Part shown: positions 1 to 10,133 of the stretch, in pieces | How positions within the stretch are numbered: position 1 is the stretch's first letter | Layout: the number at the start of each line of letters is the position of its first letter | Source of the DNA: an uncultured Verrucomicrobiae bacterium | GTDB lineage: Bacteria; Verrucomicrobiota; Verrucomicrobiia; Limisphaerales; JAFGQR01 | Reading direction: 5' to 3' | Assembly: GCA_963788655.1 (NCBI GenBank) | Contig: CAWBHS010000006.1 | Span: forward strand, 64,001-128,000 | DNA length: 64,000 nucleotides | Translations under genes and position numbers: made by a program | Notes under the pieces: generated by a model | Seen by the model: the letters and a program-made list of their open reading frames with translations, nothing else | What the model was told of the DNA's origin: nothing | The model's database searches: none

Positions 1-1041
1 TTGGTGATGGGTCTGGGCGCGGGTTTGGCGTTGATTTATCTGCTGGGGCGCCTGGACGACCGGTTGGAACTGGCCGAAGAAATCGAGGCGGAGCTGGAGC
101 AACCGGTGCTGGGCCAGATTCCCCAACTCGACACCGAGCATTTGCGACAAGGGCGCGCGCTGATCTCCAACCTGGAGGACCATCACTTGTTTGCCGAATC
201 GCTGCGCAGCGTGCGTTCGGCGGTGCTGCTCAGCAAACAAGAACGCCCCCCGCGGGTGCTGATGATGTCCAGTGCGGTTCCCGGCGACGGCAAGACCACC
301 TTCACCGTCAACTTCGCCATCGCCCTCGCGATTGCCGGCCAACGCGTGCTGTTAGTGGATGCGGACCTGCGCCGCGGTGATACGCACAATTTCTTCGGTC
401 ACTCCCGCGAACCGGGCCTTTCCGATGTGCTGACCGGCCAATTGCACTGGGCCGAGGCCAAGCAGGAAACGCCGGTGAAAACTCTGCAAGTCATTCACTC
501 CGGCCCGCTGCCGGCCAATCCGGGCGAACTGCTGATCGGTCCCATTGTCAGTGAGTTCGTCAAAGAAGCGCAGCAGGAGTATGACTTCGTCTTGTTTGAT
601 TGCCCGCCGCTGACCACCATTGATGACAGCTTTGCGTTGGTCCATTTGGTGGACGGTTTGGTCTTCGTTGTGCGCTCGGGCCAGACCTCGATGCGTTTTG
701 CCAAAGCCGCCCTCGAGGCCGTGCATAAACGCGGCATCAATGTGCTTGGATTCGTCCTGAACGGCATCAAAGCCGACAATCCCTACTACTACTACAAACA
801 CTACTACTACTCCTACTACAGCCACGACCAACCGATCGTGCCGGATTCCGAATCCGCCCCCAAACCGGCCCTAAAAATGGCCCGCCGCAAAGAGGTGTCC
901 AGCGCGGCCGCCACCCCGCCGGCCGGGCCGGACGTGGTTCCGACGCCGTCCGCGGAAAACCAGATTATCTCGCTCGGCAGCTTCCCAGAGCCGCCGACGG
1001 ACGACCATGACCAATCCTGGCCCCAATCCGGCACCGCCTAA
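1..1041 (+). CDS. wzc: Wzc/CpsD-CapB family polysaccharide co-polymerase tyrosine autokinase (5' partial)
   Basis: Last TM helix then P-loop AVPGDGKT, LLVDADLRR, VLFDCPP and a C-terminal Tyr cluster PYYYYKHYYYSYY; ORF open at window start. Confidence 0.9.
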   Translation: MVMGLGAGLALIYLLGRLDDRLELAEEIEAELEQPVLGQIPQLDTEHLRQGRALISNLEDHHLFAESLRSVRSAVLLSKQERPPRVLMMSSAVPGDGKTTFTVNFAIALAIAGQRVLLVDADLRRGDTHNFFGHSREPGLSDVLTGQLHWAEAKQETPVKTLQVIHSGPLPANPGELLIGPIVSEFVKEAQQEYDFVLFDCPPLTTIDDSFALVHLVDGLVFVVRSGQTSMRFAKAALEAVHKRGINVLGFVLNGIKADNPYYYYKHYYYSYYSHDQPIVPDSESAPKPALKMARRKEVSSAAATPPAGPDVVPTPSAENQIISLGSFPEPPTDDHDQSWPQSGTA

Positions 1042-1212
1042 GGAATCCATAGCCGGGTTGCTTCACGCGCCAGACGAAAGATTGACCGCCGGAAATTATC
1101 AACCAACGGACCGGCTCGCAGGAGTGCCGACCGACATTCCAGCCGAAAGGATCGAACACATTCGCAAGCAACTCTCTTTCGCCCTTGTTCGTTCTGTTCG
1201 GTATTCCGCAAC

Positions 1213-3381
1213 ATGAACTGGCGGCACTACCCGTGGATGCTGGGATTGTGCCTGGCACCGGTTCTGTTTGGCTCAGTCACGCCAGTAGGCCAGACAACTG
1301 TCGCCGTCCTGTTTGCCATTAGCCTGATCCTGCTGCTGCCCGATGGGGGCCGGCCGGGAACATTTCAAGGAATCGTCAAACCCGCTTGGGCTGGTTTGGC
1401 ATTGATCTGCCTCGTGCTTCCGCTGATCCCACTGCCCGTCGGATTGGTCGAAGTCTTGAGCCCGCAGCGCGTCGCTTTGGCGCGCCGTTTCCCCATTGAC
1501 GCGGGAGTAACGTCCGGCTGGCTGCCCCTTACCTTGTCACCGGCCAACACCGTGCAGCGCTGGTGGGAACTGGCTTTGATCGTGACCGCATTTTGGCTGG
1601 CACGTTTGGCGGCGGCCGAAGCGGGATTTTCTCGGCGCCTGGTGTTCGCGGTAGGTGCCACGTTACTGGTACTCGCCGGCAGCGATCTCTGGTTTCGCCT
1701 GACGGGCCAACAGCGCCTGCTTGGACTATGGCCCAATGCGGCCGGGCACGCTGCAGGCACCTTCGCCAACCGCAACCACTTCGCCGGTTGGATCTATGTG
1801 GCCGCGCTATTCTGCTCCGGCTGGCTCCTCCGCCAACTCTGGCCGCTTCAAAGTGCGCGCCAGCCCCGTAGGAGAGGCGTCCCGCCTGTCCCGAACACCC
1901 CTGCGCGTCCAACCGCACCCAATCCTCCCGAACAGTCGCATCCCTCTCCGCGTTCAGGCCAAGCACGTTCAACTGCCATCCCAACGTCCGCTCCAAAGAA
2001 CGCCCTGTTTCCTTCGGGACAGGCGGGGCGCCGGTCCTACTTCGGGGTTCTGCTCCTCGCTCTTACCTTGTTGTTCGCCCTCATAATGGCTGTAAGCACC
2101 GGTTCACGCGCCGGCCTCTTGGCTTTCGTTGCTGGGATCGCAACTTGGACTGTGCTCTTGGCGCGACGTTCCCGAAACCCGAAACGCTGGCTGGCCCTCG
2201 GGGTCGCCAGCCTGCTGGGACTGATGCTCCTTTTGGCCGCCAGTAATTATCTATTGGATCGGCTGGTGGCCAGCCGCAGTGACCTGGCCTTCAAGCTGGC
2301 CATCTGGAAAGATGCCCTGACGATTGGAGGGAAGTTTCCTTTGCTCGGCGTCGGTCCCGGCTCGTTTGTCACCGCCTTTAATCATTTCAAAACCTTCGGC
2401 GGTGACCACACCTTCCTGCACGCCGAAAACGAATACGTGCAACTGCTGGTCGAACACGGCCTGCTCGGCACGCTGCTCCTTGGTGGACTGGTAATCGCGC
2501 TTGGTTTCGCCGCGTTCCGTTACGCAGGGCAAAATAAACTGGCCGAGCCCGAAATGATCTTCAGCGCCCTGGCGGGCCTGGTAGCGTTCGCGGTCCATTC
2601 ACTGTTCGACTTCCCCTTTCAAATTCCGGCCAACGCCCTGCTGGCCGCCGCGCTGTTGGGCTTCGTGCTGGGCCACCGCGATCAAGCCCATCGGGCACCC
2701 GTCCTGGTTCCTGCGCGGCGTCTGCAAATTCTGATCACCCTCGGTTGGGCGGCGGCCTTGCTGGCGATCGCCAGTCTGCAAGCCCTGGCTTGGTGGCATT
2801 GGCAAACGGCGCGCCGAGCCACTTCGACCGACGAACTCGTCCAACACATCCGGCGGTCCGTCGAACTTTGGCCGTGGTCAACCGAGCGCCCAATCGTCCT
2901 GGCCCGGGCACAGGTGAAACGTCTGCAAACACTGAAGCTTGCTGACGCCTCGACCATCCGTGACGAAGCGCGGCGCATCCGCCGGCAATTGCACCAGGCC
3001 ATGACGCGCGATCCCTTCAATTGGGAACTTCGCCTCGAACGCGCCTGGCTGGACTTGGCCTATTGGCCTGAAGCCCGGCGCTCCCTTGAAGAAGCCTGGG
3101 AAGTCACGCGCCTCAATCCGCTCCAGCCGAAAATCCCCCTGCGCTTTGCCCGCCACTTCCGTACTCGGAATCCCGAACTCGCGATGAAATTCGTCCGCAC
3201 CGCGCGATTGTCCACGCCCGAAGACATTTATGAAGCATTACGCCTGGCCTGGGAAATAAACCACGAGCCCGCCCAGTTATGGGAACTCGTGCCACCGACG
3301 CGCACCGGATTGGATTCGCTGGCCCGTTTCGCCGCCGACCAGCAGCTCATGCCGCTGGCAGCACAAGCCCGTGAACGCTGA
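1213..3381 (+). CDS. O-antigen ligase (WaaL/Wzy_C) family membrane protein with C-terminal helical/TPR-like extension; carries an in-frame palindromic insert
   Basis: Multiple TM segments, GTFANRNHFAG, STGSRAG, GVGPGSF, HAENEYVQLLVEHG and VHSLFDFP motifs. Confidence 0.88.
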   Translation: MNWRHYPWMLGLCLAPVLFGSVTPVGQTTVAVLFAISLILLLPDGGRPGTFQGIVKPAWAGLALICLVLPLIPLPVGLVEVLSPQRVALARRFPIDAGVTSGWLPLTLSPANTVQRWWELALIVTAFWLARLAAAEAGFSRRLVFAVGATLLVLAGSDLWFRLTGQQRLLGLWPNAAGHAAGTFANRNHFAGWIYVAALFCSGWLLRQLWPLQSARQPRRRGVPPVPNTPARPTAPNPPEQSHPSPRSGQARSTAIPTSAPKNALFPSGQAGRRSYFGVLLLALTLLFALIMAVSTGSRAGLLAFVAGIATWTVLLARRSRNPKRWLALGVASLLGLMLLLAASNYLLDRLVASRSDLAFKLAIWKDALTIGGKFPLLGVGPGSFVTAFNHFKTFGGDHTFLHAENEYVQLLVEHGLLGTLLLGGLVIALGFAAFRYAGQNKLAEPEMIFSALAGLVAFAVHSLFDFPFQIPANALLAAALLGFVLGHRDQAHRAPVLVPARRLQILITLGWAAALLAIASLQALAWWHWQTARRATSTDELVQHIRRSVELWPWSTERPIVLARAQVKRLQTLKLADASTIRDEARRIRRQLHQAMTRDPFNWELRLERAWLDLAYWPEARRSLEEAWEVTRLNPLQPKIPLRFARHFRTRNPELAMKFVRTARLSTPEDIYEALRLAWEINHEPAQLWELVPPTRTGLDSLARFAADQQLMPLAAQARER
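1868..2040. repeat. REPIN-like element, family A, inside the ligase ORF
   Basis: Arms gtaggagaggcgtcccgcctgtcccgaa (1868-1895) and ttcgggacaggcggggcgccggtcctac (2013-2040) are reverse complements at 25/28; related arms at 45355-45470 and 56178-56308. Confidence 0.88.
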
Positions 3382-3554
3382 GCACCGGCGCGAGGGGAAA
3401 TTTGCCCAGGAAGCAGCTCAACACACGAGCAATACACCAAGTCTGGTTGAGTCGCATCCATCTCATCGTCACCCCGGTACACCGCCACGCAGCAAAGATT
3501 GCCTTCCTTCACTTGACCGGATTTCCTCCCCCGGCCCGGTTTTCGCGCCCGGTT

Positions 3555-3599
3555 CCTCAAAGTGTTCAGTTTTCCATGAACCGATTGAACGTTTTGAGG
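3555..3599. promoter_or_regulatory. Imperfect inverted repeat, candidate operator upstream of the GbsR/MarR gene
   Basis: cctcaaagtgttcag...ttgaacgttttgagg (12/15 complementary) enclosing gttca-N8-tgaac, about 55 bp upstream of ATG 3653. Confidence 0.35.
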
Positions 3600-3652
3600 C
3601 AAGTGACCCGGTGGCGTTGAAGCTGCTTCCCCGGTATCAGCGATTGATTGTT

Positions 3653-4123
3653 ATGACGCTGGCTCCGCTTGAAACGGAAATAATCGACCTGTTCGTGCAT
3701 GTAGCGCGGCTGCTGAACATTCCCAAGTCCGTGGCCGAGATCTACGGGCTCTTGTTCATTGCGCCCACGCCGCTTTCGCCGGACGAGATCATTGCCCGGT
3801 TGATGTTGAGCAAAGGCGCGGTGAGTCAGGGATTGCGGCTGTTGCGCAATCTGGGTGCCGTGCGTGCCGTGTACGTACCGGGCAAACGCAGCGATCATTT
3901 CGAGGCGGAAGTGGAACTTCGCAAACTCGTCAGCGGCGTGCTCAAGGACAAATTGGAACCTCATTTTCACGATGGCAGCGACCGTCTCCAGCGTATGCAA
4001 AGCCTCATCAACGAGCTGCCCACCAACGAACGCGAGCGCGTAAGTCCACGCCTCGACAAATTACGCAGTTGGCAAAAAGCCGGACAGCGCATTCTCCCGC
4101 TGGTCCGGCAGTGTCTGGCCTGA
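3653..4123 (+). CDS. GbsR/MarR-family winged-helix transcriptional regulator
   Basis: IPKSVAEIYGLLFI...LSPDEIIARLMLSKGAVSQGLRLLRNLGAV...PGKRSDHFEAE; start chosen at ATG 3653. Confidence 0.85.
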   Translation: MTLAPLETEIIDLFVHVARLLNIPKSVAEIYGLLFIAPTPLSPDEIIARLMLSKGAVSQGLRLLRNLGAVRAVYVPGKRSDHFEAEVELRKLVSGVLKDKLEPHFHDGSDRLQRMQSLINELPTNERERVSPRLDKLRSWQKAGQRILPLVRQCLA

Positions 4124-4347
4124 AACGGGGCCGAACCAATCCCCGGTGTCCCCGGGCAACATAACCAACGGTCTGCGGCTCCGATCGCTCCGGCGAACCC
4201 CGCACCACCGACAACGACGCAACGTGATCGTGCCGTCCCTCCGGCCAATCGCCAAGTGCGGCAGCTTGTTTCCACCGCGCATGAAAATGCCGATGAACTC
4301 CGGCAAGCTGGCATCTTGCAGGAGCCGTATCGATGCTCCATCCATGG

Positions 4348-4496
4348 TCGCGCCCGCGTTTGGAGTGCGCGGAGCTTGCTCCCGCTTTCATTGGGAACGA
4401 GGCCAACCGACACCAAGCCAAGCATCCATGCGTATCGAATTACCTTCTCAATTCGACAGCGCCGGCAAGCCGGACGCACTCCAAACGCTGGCGCGA
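4348..4496. repeat. REPIN-like element, family D (GCGTTTGGAGTGCG arms)
   Basis: tcgcgcccgcgtttggagtgcg / cgcactccaaacgctggcgcga complementary at 21/22; both arms recur at 30675-30779. Confidence 0.88.
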
Positions 4497-4555
4497 CTCA
4501 CAGCCCACCGTTCCCCAGACTCCGCTTCTCGCATCACCTGCGTCATGCGAATTTC

Positions 4556-5401
4556 ATGAGCGCCTCATCCAACTCCCCCGCCCTCCCCCACGAACTGGTT
4601 CTTGAACCCGGATCGGGCACTGGCCAATATTGGCGTGACGTCTGGAACTATCGCGAGTTGTTCTATTTCCTCGCCTGGCGCGACCTCCTGGTGCGTTACA
4701 AGCAAACTGTTGCCGGCGTCGCCTGGGCGTTGCTTCGTCCGTTCATGACGATGATCGTGTTCACGGTCGTCTTCGGTAAATTCGCCAAACTCCCTGCCGG
4801 CGGCGTGCCCTATCCGGTGCTGGTGTTCGCCGCCGTTTTGCCCTGGCAATTCTTTGCCACTGCCCTCGCCGAAAGCAGCCACAGCTTGGTGACCAATTCG
4901 AACCTGGTGGCCAAGATCTATTTCCCGCGTCTGATCGTGCCCGCCAGCACGGTGGTCACCGGCCTGGCGGACTTGCTCATCTCCACCGTGTTTCTGCTGG
5001 GCTTGATGCTTGGCTATCACGTGACGCCCACGTGGCGGCTGTTCGTGTTGCCGGTGCTGGTTCTGTCCGTCGCTGGGGCCGCGCTTGGGCTCGGACTATG
5101 GTTTGCCGCGTTGACAGTCAAGTATCGCGATTTCCGTTTTATCGTGCCGTTCGTGGTGCAACTGGGCTATTTCATCTCGCCGGTGGGTTACAGCAGCGCC
5201 GTGGTGCCGGAACCATGGCGCGACTTGTATTCGCTCAATCCGTTGGCCGGCATCATCGAGAGTTTTCGATGGGCGATCTGCGGTGGGGCCGTGTTCCCAC
5301 TGACCGGATTGCTGACCGCGGCGCTGCTGGTGACGCTGCTGCTCGTCAGCGGCTTATGGTATTTCCGCAAAACCGAACGCGCGTTCGCGGATGTCATTTG
5401 A
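4556..5401 (+). CDS. wzm: Polysaccharide ABC transporter permease (Wzm/RfbA family)
   Basis: RDLLVRYKQTVAGVAWALLRP, KIYFPRL, LNPLAGIIESFR, ending ERAFADVI. Confidence 0.93.
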   Translation: MSASSNSPALPHELVLEPGSGTGQYWRDVWNYRELFYFLAWRDLLVRYKQTVAGVAWALLRPFMTMIVFTVVFGKFAKLPAGGVPYPVLVFAAVLPWQFFATALAESSHSLVTNSNLVAKIYFPRLIVPASTVVTGLADLLISTVFLLGLMLGYHVTPTWRLFVLPVLVLSVAGAALGLGLWFAALTVKYRDFRFIVPFVVQLGYFISPVGYSSAVVPEPWRDLYSLNPLAGIIESFRWAICGGAVFPLTGLLTAALLVTLLLVSGLWYFRKTERAFADVI

Positions 5402-5402
5402 C

Positions 5403-6710
5403 ATGACCGTTCCCCCCATGATCCGGGTCGAGAATCTGGGAAAAAAGTATCCCTTGGTGCATCGCGGTCCCAGAGATCGTGGCTTGCGGCATTTGATCAG
5501 CGATTCGCTGCGAGCGCCGGTACGGTGCTTACGGCGATTGGGCTCGAGCAGTTCCGCGGCCTTTCGCAGCCGCGCCACCACGGAAGATTTCTGGGCGTTG
5601 AACGAGGTTTCCTTCACCGTTGCCCGCGGGGAGGTGCTGGGCATCATCGGCCGGAATGGCGCGGGCAAATCAACCCTGCTGAAGATCCTGAGTCGCATCA
5701 CTTCTCCCACCGCCGGTCGGGTGCGGCTGCGCGGACGGGTGGCCAGCCTGTTGGAAGTGGGCACGGGATTTCATCCCGAACTGACCGGCCGCGAAAACAT
5801 TTTCCTGAATGGCGCCATCCTCGGCATGGGCCGCGCAGAAATCCGGCGCAAGTTCGACGCCATCGTCGCCTTCGCGGAAGTGGAACGTTTCATCGACACG
5901 CCGGTGAAACGTTACTCGAGCGGCATGTACATGCGGCTGGCGTTTGCCGTGGCGGCGCAACTGACTTCGGAGATCTTGATCGTTGATGAAGTGTTGGCGG
6001 TGGGCGATCTGGCCTTTCAAAAGAAGTGTCTCGGAAAAATGCGCGAAGTCGCCGGCCAGGAAGAGCGCACGGTGCTGTTTGTGAGCCACAACCTGGCGGC
6101 GGTTCGCAAACTCTGCACGCGAGCCATTCTGCTGAACCAAGGCCGCATCGTAATTGAGGGCCCGCCAGATGCCGTCATCAACCGATACGTCAGGGTCAAT
6201 GAGAGTCACCTGGCCGCCAGCATCGCTTTGCCGGCAATGGGCGCGGAGGTGCAACCGCCACAATTGCACTTACTGAACGAGAGCGGTCAATCCCAAGCCC
6301 AATTCCGCCTCGGCGAAACCTGGCGAGTGCAGTTCGATTTCCAGATGGCCGCGGCCCGGCCCCATGTGATCGCGGCCGTCGGCTTGCGCACGGTGGAAGG
6401 AACGCCGTTGATCACGTATTGGTCGGCCCCGAAGGATCTGGCGGCGGGCGCCTATCGCGTCGAGTTTCGTTGTCAGTTACCGTTTTGCGCCGGCGAATAC
6501 AACTTTGCCGTGGGCGTTTCCTCCAACGAACGGGCGATTTACTACACCGAAGGCGCCGGAGCTTTGAGCATTACCGAAGTCGCCCAAGGCGCCCAACCCT
6601 TCCGCGCGGCCGGTGCGGGCTTGATCGCCAGCACGGCGCGCCCGGAGATCGTCCGTCTTGAAGACGAACCGGAAGCAACGCTGGACCCTCCGCTTTGTGC
6701 GAATGGGTGA
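5403..6710 (+). CDS. wzt: Polysaccharide ABC transporter ATPase with C-terminal Wzt_C domain
   Basis: GRNGAGKST, LLEVGTGFHPELTGRENI, YSSGMYMRLAFAVA; about 170 aa C-terminal beta domain; alternative ATG at 5391. Confidence 0.93.
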   Translation: MTVPPMIRVENLGKKYPLVHRGPRDRGLRHLISDSLRAPVRCLRRLGSSSSAAFRSRATTEDFWALNEVSFTVARGEVLGIIGRNGAGKSTLLKILSRITSPTAGRVRLRGRVASLLEVGTGFHPELTGRENIFLNGAILGMGRAEIRRKFDAIVAFAEVERFIDTPVKRYSSGMYMRLAFAVAAQLTSEILIVDEVLAVGDLAFQKKCLGKMREVAGQEERTVLFVSHNLAAVRKLCTRAILLNQGRIVIEGPPDAVINRYVRVNESHLAASIALPAMGAEVQPPQLHLLNESGQSQAQFRLGETWRVQFDFQMAAARPHVIAAVGLRTVEGTPLITYWSAPKDLAAGAYRVEFRCQLPFCAGEYNFAVGVSSNERAIYYTEGAGALSITEVAQGAQPFRAAGAGLIASTARPEIVRLEDEPEATLDPPLCANG

Positions 6711-6829
6711 CTGGCGAACCATGATTGGCCTGGCCACTTACAACGCGTTTCGCCCCAAAACCAATCCAGGTAGGGCAAGCCCTGAAGAAGTCCGCGCAAT
6801 AATATCTTCGTCGTCACGCGATTTCTCCC

Positions 6830-7519
6830 ATGTTCTTCCCTGAACGCATACGCTCGATCCAAGCCGGTGACCGCGTCCTCGAAGTTGGTCCGGGCGGCAC
6901 GCCCCATCCGCGCGCGGACGTGTTTCTCGAACGGCACTTCGATGCCGCGGAAGCCGCCGCCCAACGCGGCCACGCCCCGCCGACCGTGCTCAATAAACCG
7001 ATCGTCTATTATGACGGTGACCGGTTCCCGTTTGCGGACGGCGAGTTTGACTACGTGATCTGCTCGCACGTCATCGAGCACGTGGAGCACGTGGACAACT
7101 TCGCCGTTGAACTCAGCCGCGTGGCGGGCCGCGGTTATCTCGAATATCCGACCGTCTATTACGAATATCTCTACAATTTCCACGTGCATCGCAATGTCCT
7201 GCGTCGCGTGGAAGACGTATTGCTCTGGCTGCCAAAAGGCAGCCTGCCGTTCGCCGAATTCCTGCCCGTGCAACGCTTCTTCTACGAGTCGCTCGGCGCT
7301 GGATTCGACGAAATCGTCGTCGCCTTAAAAGCGACCTTGATGGAAGGCTTTGAATGGCAGCAAGCCATCAAAATGCGGCCGGCCCGGAACCTCGAGGAGC
7401 TTTGCTTGAGCCCGAATGAGATTCAGTTCGGCCCCAATCCATGCAAAGCACCGCGGCCCAGCACGGAACTGGTGGCGGACCTCGCGCATCGTCTCAAACG
7501 GCGCGTCCTTGGCGCATGA
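6830..7519 (+). CDS. Class I SAM-dependent methyltransferase (Methyltransf_11-like)
   Basis: VLEVGPG; FPFADGEFDYVICSHVIEHV. Confidence 0.85.
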   Translation: MFFPERIRSIQAGDRVLEVGPGGTPHPRADVFLERHFDAAEAAAQRGHAPPTVLNKPIVYYDGDRFPFADGEFDYVICSHVIEHVEHVDNFAVELSRVAGRGYLEYPTVYYEYLYNFHVHRNVLRRVEDVLLWLPKGSLPFAEFLPVQRFFYESLGAGFDEIVVALKATLMEGFEWQQAIKMRPARNLEELCLSPNEIQFGPNPCKAPRPSTELVADLAHRLKRRVLGA

Positions 7520-8802
7520 ACCCGGCCCGTCTCTCCAGCACAACCTCCGGGCATCCGGTAAGTGAAGGATCCCTGGCGGTCGTCCAGGAAACGTCCCAGC
7601 CTGCGTCCCTCCAACCGTCGGCTCGGTCGGCCGGACAACGCATTGCGGAGTTCGAAGGGCTGCGTGGCATGTTGTCGTGGTGGGTGGTGGTTGATCACCT
7701 GTTCCTGGCGTGCGGCCGGAGCGTGGACGATTTGCCGCGGTTCGTCCGGGTGCTGGCCCATGGTGACTACGCGGTGGACCTGTTCATCATTCTCAGCGGT
7801 TACGTGATCTTCAAGCTGCTCGAAGAAGGCCGTGAATCCTACCGCGTCTTCATGACCCGGCGGTTCTTTCGGCTGATGCCCGTCTTTCTGGTATGCCTGG
7901 CCGGATCGATGTGGTTGCAACCGTTGCTGCACGCCAACCTGCTCGGCGCCAGTTGGAACACAACTCCGGTGTTGCAACGTTGCCTCCAGAATTGGCAGGC
8001 GGACAATGCGCACCCCATGGGAAACCTGTTCGCCCACCTGACGCTCTTGCACGGCGCGATTCCCGAACGCTGGCTGCCCGGCGCGGCCGTGGCTTTCCTG
8101 GGCGCCGCTTGGAGCATTTCGCTGGAATGGCAATTCTATCTGGTCGCGCCGGCAGTGCGCACGTTTCTCAAGCGCTTCGCCGCCGCCGGCGCGTTGGGCT
8201 TCATCAGTGGGGCGATTCTCCTGCAATGGTGTCTGGGAAGCCGGTTGGAAACGCTCTATCCGATGCACTCCTTTTTGCTGCAAAAACTGTGGTTGTTTTG
8301 GATCGGCATTGCCTCCTACCTGATCGCCCACAAGCTTCGCGCAATCGGCCAGGACCGCGAGTTGGGCACGCTGGTGTTGGCGTGGATCAGTCCGATTGTG
8401 TTGCTCACCACCCTCTCGATCCCGCTGGCGCTGTGGACCGCCGTGTTTGCCGTCAGCATCTCGCCGCCCACGGCATCGTTTTGGGGCGTTCGCGCCGTCC
8501 GACGGACACTGAACTCGCGCCCGATGCAATGGCTGGGCAAAGTCTCCTATTCGACATATCTCGCGCACGCCCTGTGCATTTGGTGCGCGCAGGCGCTGGT
8601 CTTGAAGTGTTTCCCCAAAATCACCGCCATGGAATGCTTCGCCTGGATGCTGCCGATCACCAGCCTGTTGACGCTGCTGGTGTCCGGCGCACTGCACCGG
8701 TATGTGGAACGTCCGGGAATGGCCTGGGGCAAACATTGGGCCAACCGGCTCGCAACGGCCCGGCCCGCAACGACTGCGAAAATCATCCCTTTGAATCCGT
8801 GA
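7516..8802 (+). CDS. Acyltransferase_3 (OafA-like) membrane O-acyltransferase
   Basis: FEGLRG, AVDLFIILSGY, RRFFRL, AWSISLEWQFY, LGKVSYSTYLAH, YVERP; ATGA overlap with the previous gene. Confidence 0.92.
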   Translation: MNPARLSSTTSGHPVSEGSLAVVQETSQPASLQPSARSAGQRIAEFEGLRGMLSWWVVVDHLFLACGRSVDDLPRFVRVLAHGDYAVDLFIILSGYVIFKLLEEGRESYRVFMTRRFFRLMPVFLVCLAGSMWLQPLLHANLLGASWNTTPVLQRCLQNWQADNAHPMGNLFAHLTLLHGAIPERWLPGAAVAFLGAAWSISLEWQFYLVAPAVRTFLKRFAAAGALGFISGAILLQWCLGSRLETLYPMHSFLLQKLWLFWIGIASYLIAHKLRAIGQDRELGTLVLAWISPIVLLTTLSIPLALWTAVFAVSISPPTASFWGVRAVRRTLNSRPMQWLGKVSYSTYLAHALCIWCAQALVLKCFPKITAMECFAWMLPITSLLTLLVSGALHRYVERPGMAWGKHWANRLATARPATTAKIIPLNP

Positions 8803-8820
8803 GAGCCTATTTGAAAGAAG

Positions 8821-8906
8821 GTGGCAGCCGACGTAAGGAGGTTCATTATTTCTCGGAGAACTGTTTTGATCACGATAATAATGAGCCTCCTTACGTCGGC
8901 CGCTAC
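8821..8906. repeat. REPIN-like element, family B (GCCGACGTAAGGAGG arms)
   Basis: gtggcagccgacgtaaggaggttcattatt / aataatgagcctccttacgtcggccgctac complementary at 27/30; 8801-8841 also repeated at 17201-17241. Confidence 0.88.
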
Positions 8907-8995
8907 GTGCTGGCTGGAGTTTTAGGCCAGTCGTTGAGAGCTACAACAGAGATCGCACGACGCACTGCGGACTGCTGCCTCATCCGCACCTTCCT

Positions 8996-10133
8996 GTGAA
9001 CTCTCCCCTGCGCATCTTCTACGCGGCGGATGATTCGCCCAATCCGGACTTTGCGTCCCGCTTATGGCGAACGAATTTGCACGATTCGCTGGTCGATCTT
9101 GGGCATGAAGTCATTGACTTTGATTACGACCTGGCCGAGACGTTTCGACATCTCGATCCCGAACAATCCGACCACCTCGCTTTCATCCAACAAAACCGTC
9201 CGCGCCTCACCGTCGCGTTGCTGAAGCAAATCCACCAGGCCCACCGCGAACGGCCCATTGATCTGTTCTTCAGCTATTTCTACGACGCGTGCGTGTTGCC
9301 GGAAGCCATCGACGAAATCCGGGCGTTGGGCATCAAGACCGTCAATTGGTTTTGCAACGGCTCGTTTCAATTGCACCTCGTGCGGGAAATTTCACCGCAC
9401 TACGACTGGTGTCTGGTGCCGGAACAATTTCGGTTGCAGGATTACACGGCGATGGGCGCGCGACCGATCTACTGCCAGGAAGCGGCCAATCCGAAGAAAT
9501 ACCAGCCACGTACGGTGTCGCAAGATTACGACGTCACGTTTGTTGGCCAATGTTATGGCGACCGGCCTGACTATATCCGGCATCTGTTACACTCGGGCAT
9601 TCCCGTGCGGGTTTGGGGCGCACGCTGGGACTACCTCCGTGAACCCGTCCCGGCGCGCAATCCGCTCCGCCGTTGCGCCGGCATCGTGAAGCGCGCTTGG
9701 TTCAAATCGTCCGGGCCCGCCGCAGACGGGACGCGCTATTTACCGGCGCATCTGGTGGGCGGTGTGCTGTCGGACGACGCAATGATCACGTTGTACAGCC
9801 GCTCGAAAATCAATCTCGGCTTCTCCAGTTGCGGGGAAACCCACCGCCACCGAGAACGCATCGTGCAGGTTCGCTTGCGGGATTTTGAAGTGCCGATGTG
9901 CGGCGGGTTTTACCTGGTCGAGCAGATGGAAGAATTGGAGGCGTTCTTCGAACCGGATCGCGAGATAGTCTGCTACCGCAGCCAGAGAAGAACTGGCGGA
10001 CAAGATCAAGTTCTATCTCCGCCACGAAACTGCCCGCGAAACGATCCGCCGGGCCGGCCACGAACGCTGCCGACGCGATCACACCTGGCAAAAACGCTTC
10101 GAAGCCGCGTTTGCCCAGATGGGGCTCGGATGA
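8996..10133 (+). pseudogene. CgeB-like (Glyco_trans_1_2) glycosyltransferase with a +1 frameshift near 9983 (or sequencing error)
   Basis: YDVTFVG, SKINLGF, RLRDFEVPMCGGFYL, EIVCYRS in frame 8996; natural C-terminus EELADKIKFYLRH...RDHTWQKRF...LG* continues in the +1 frame 9987-10133. Confidence 0.8.
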
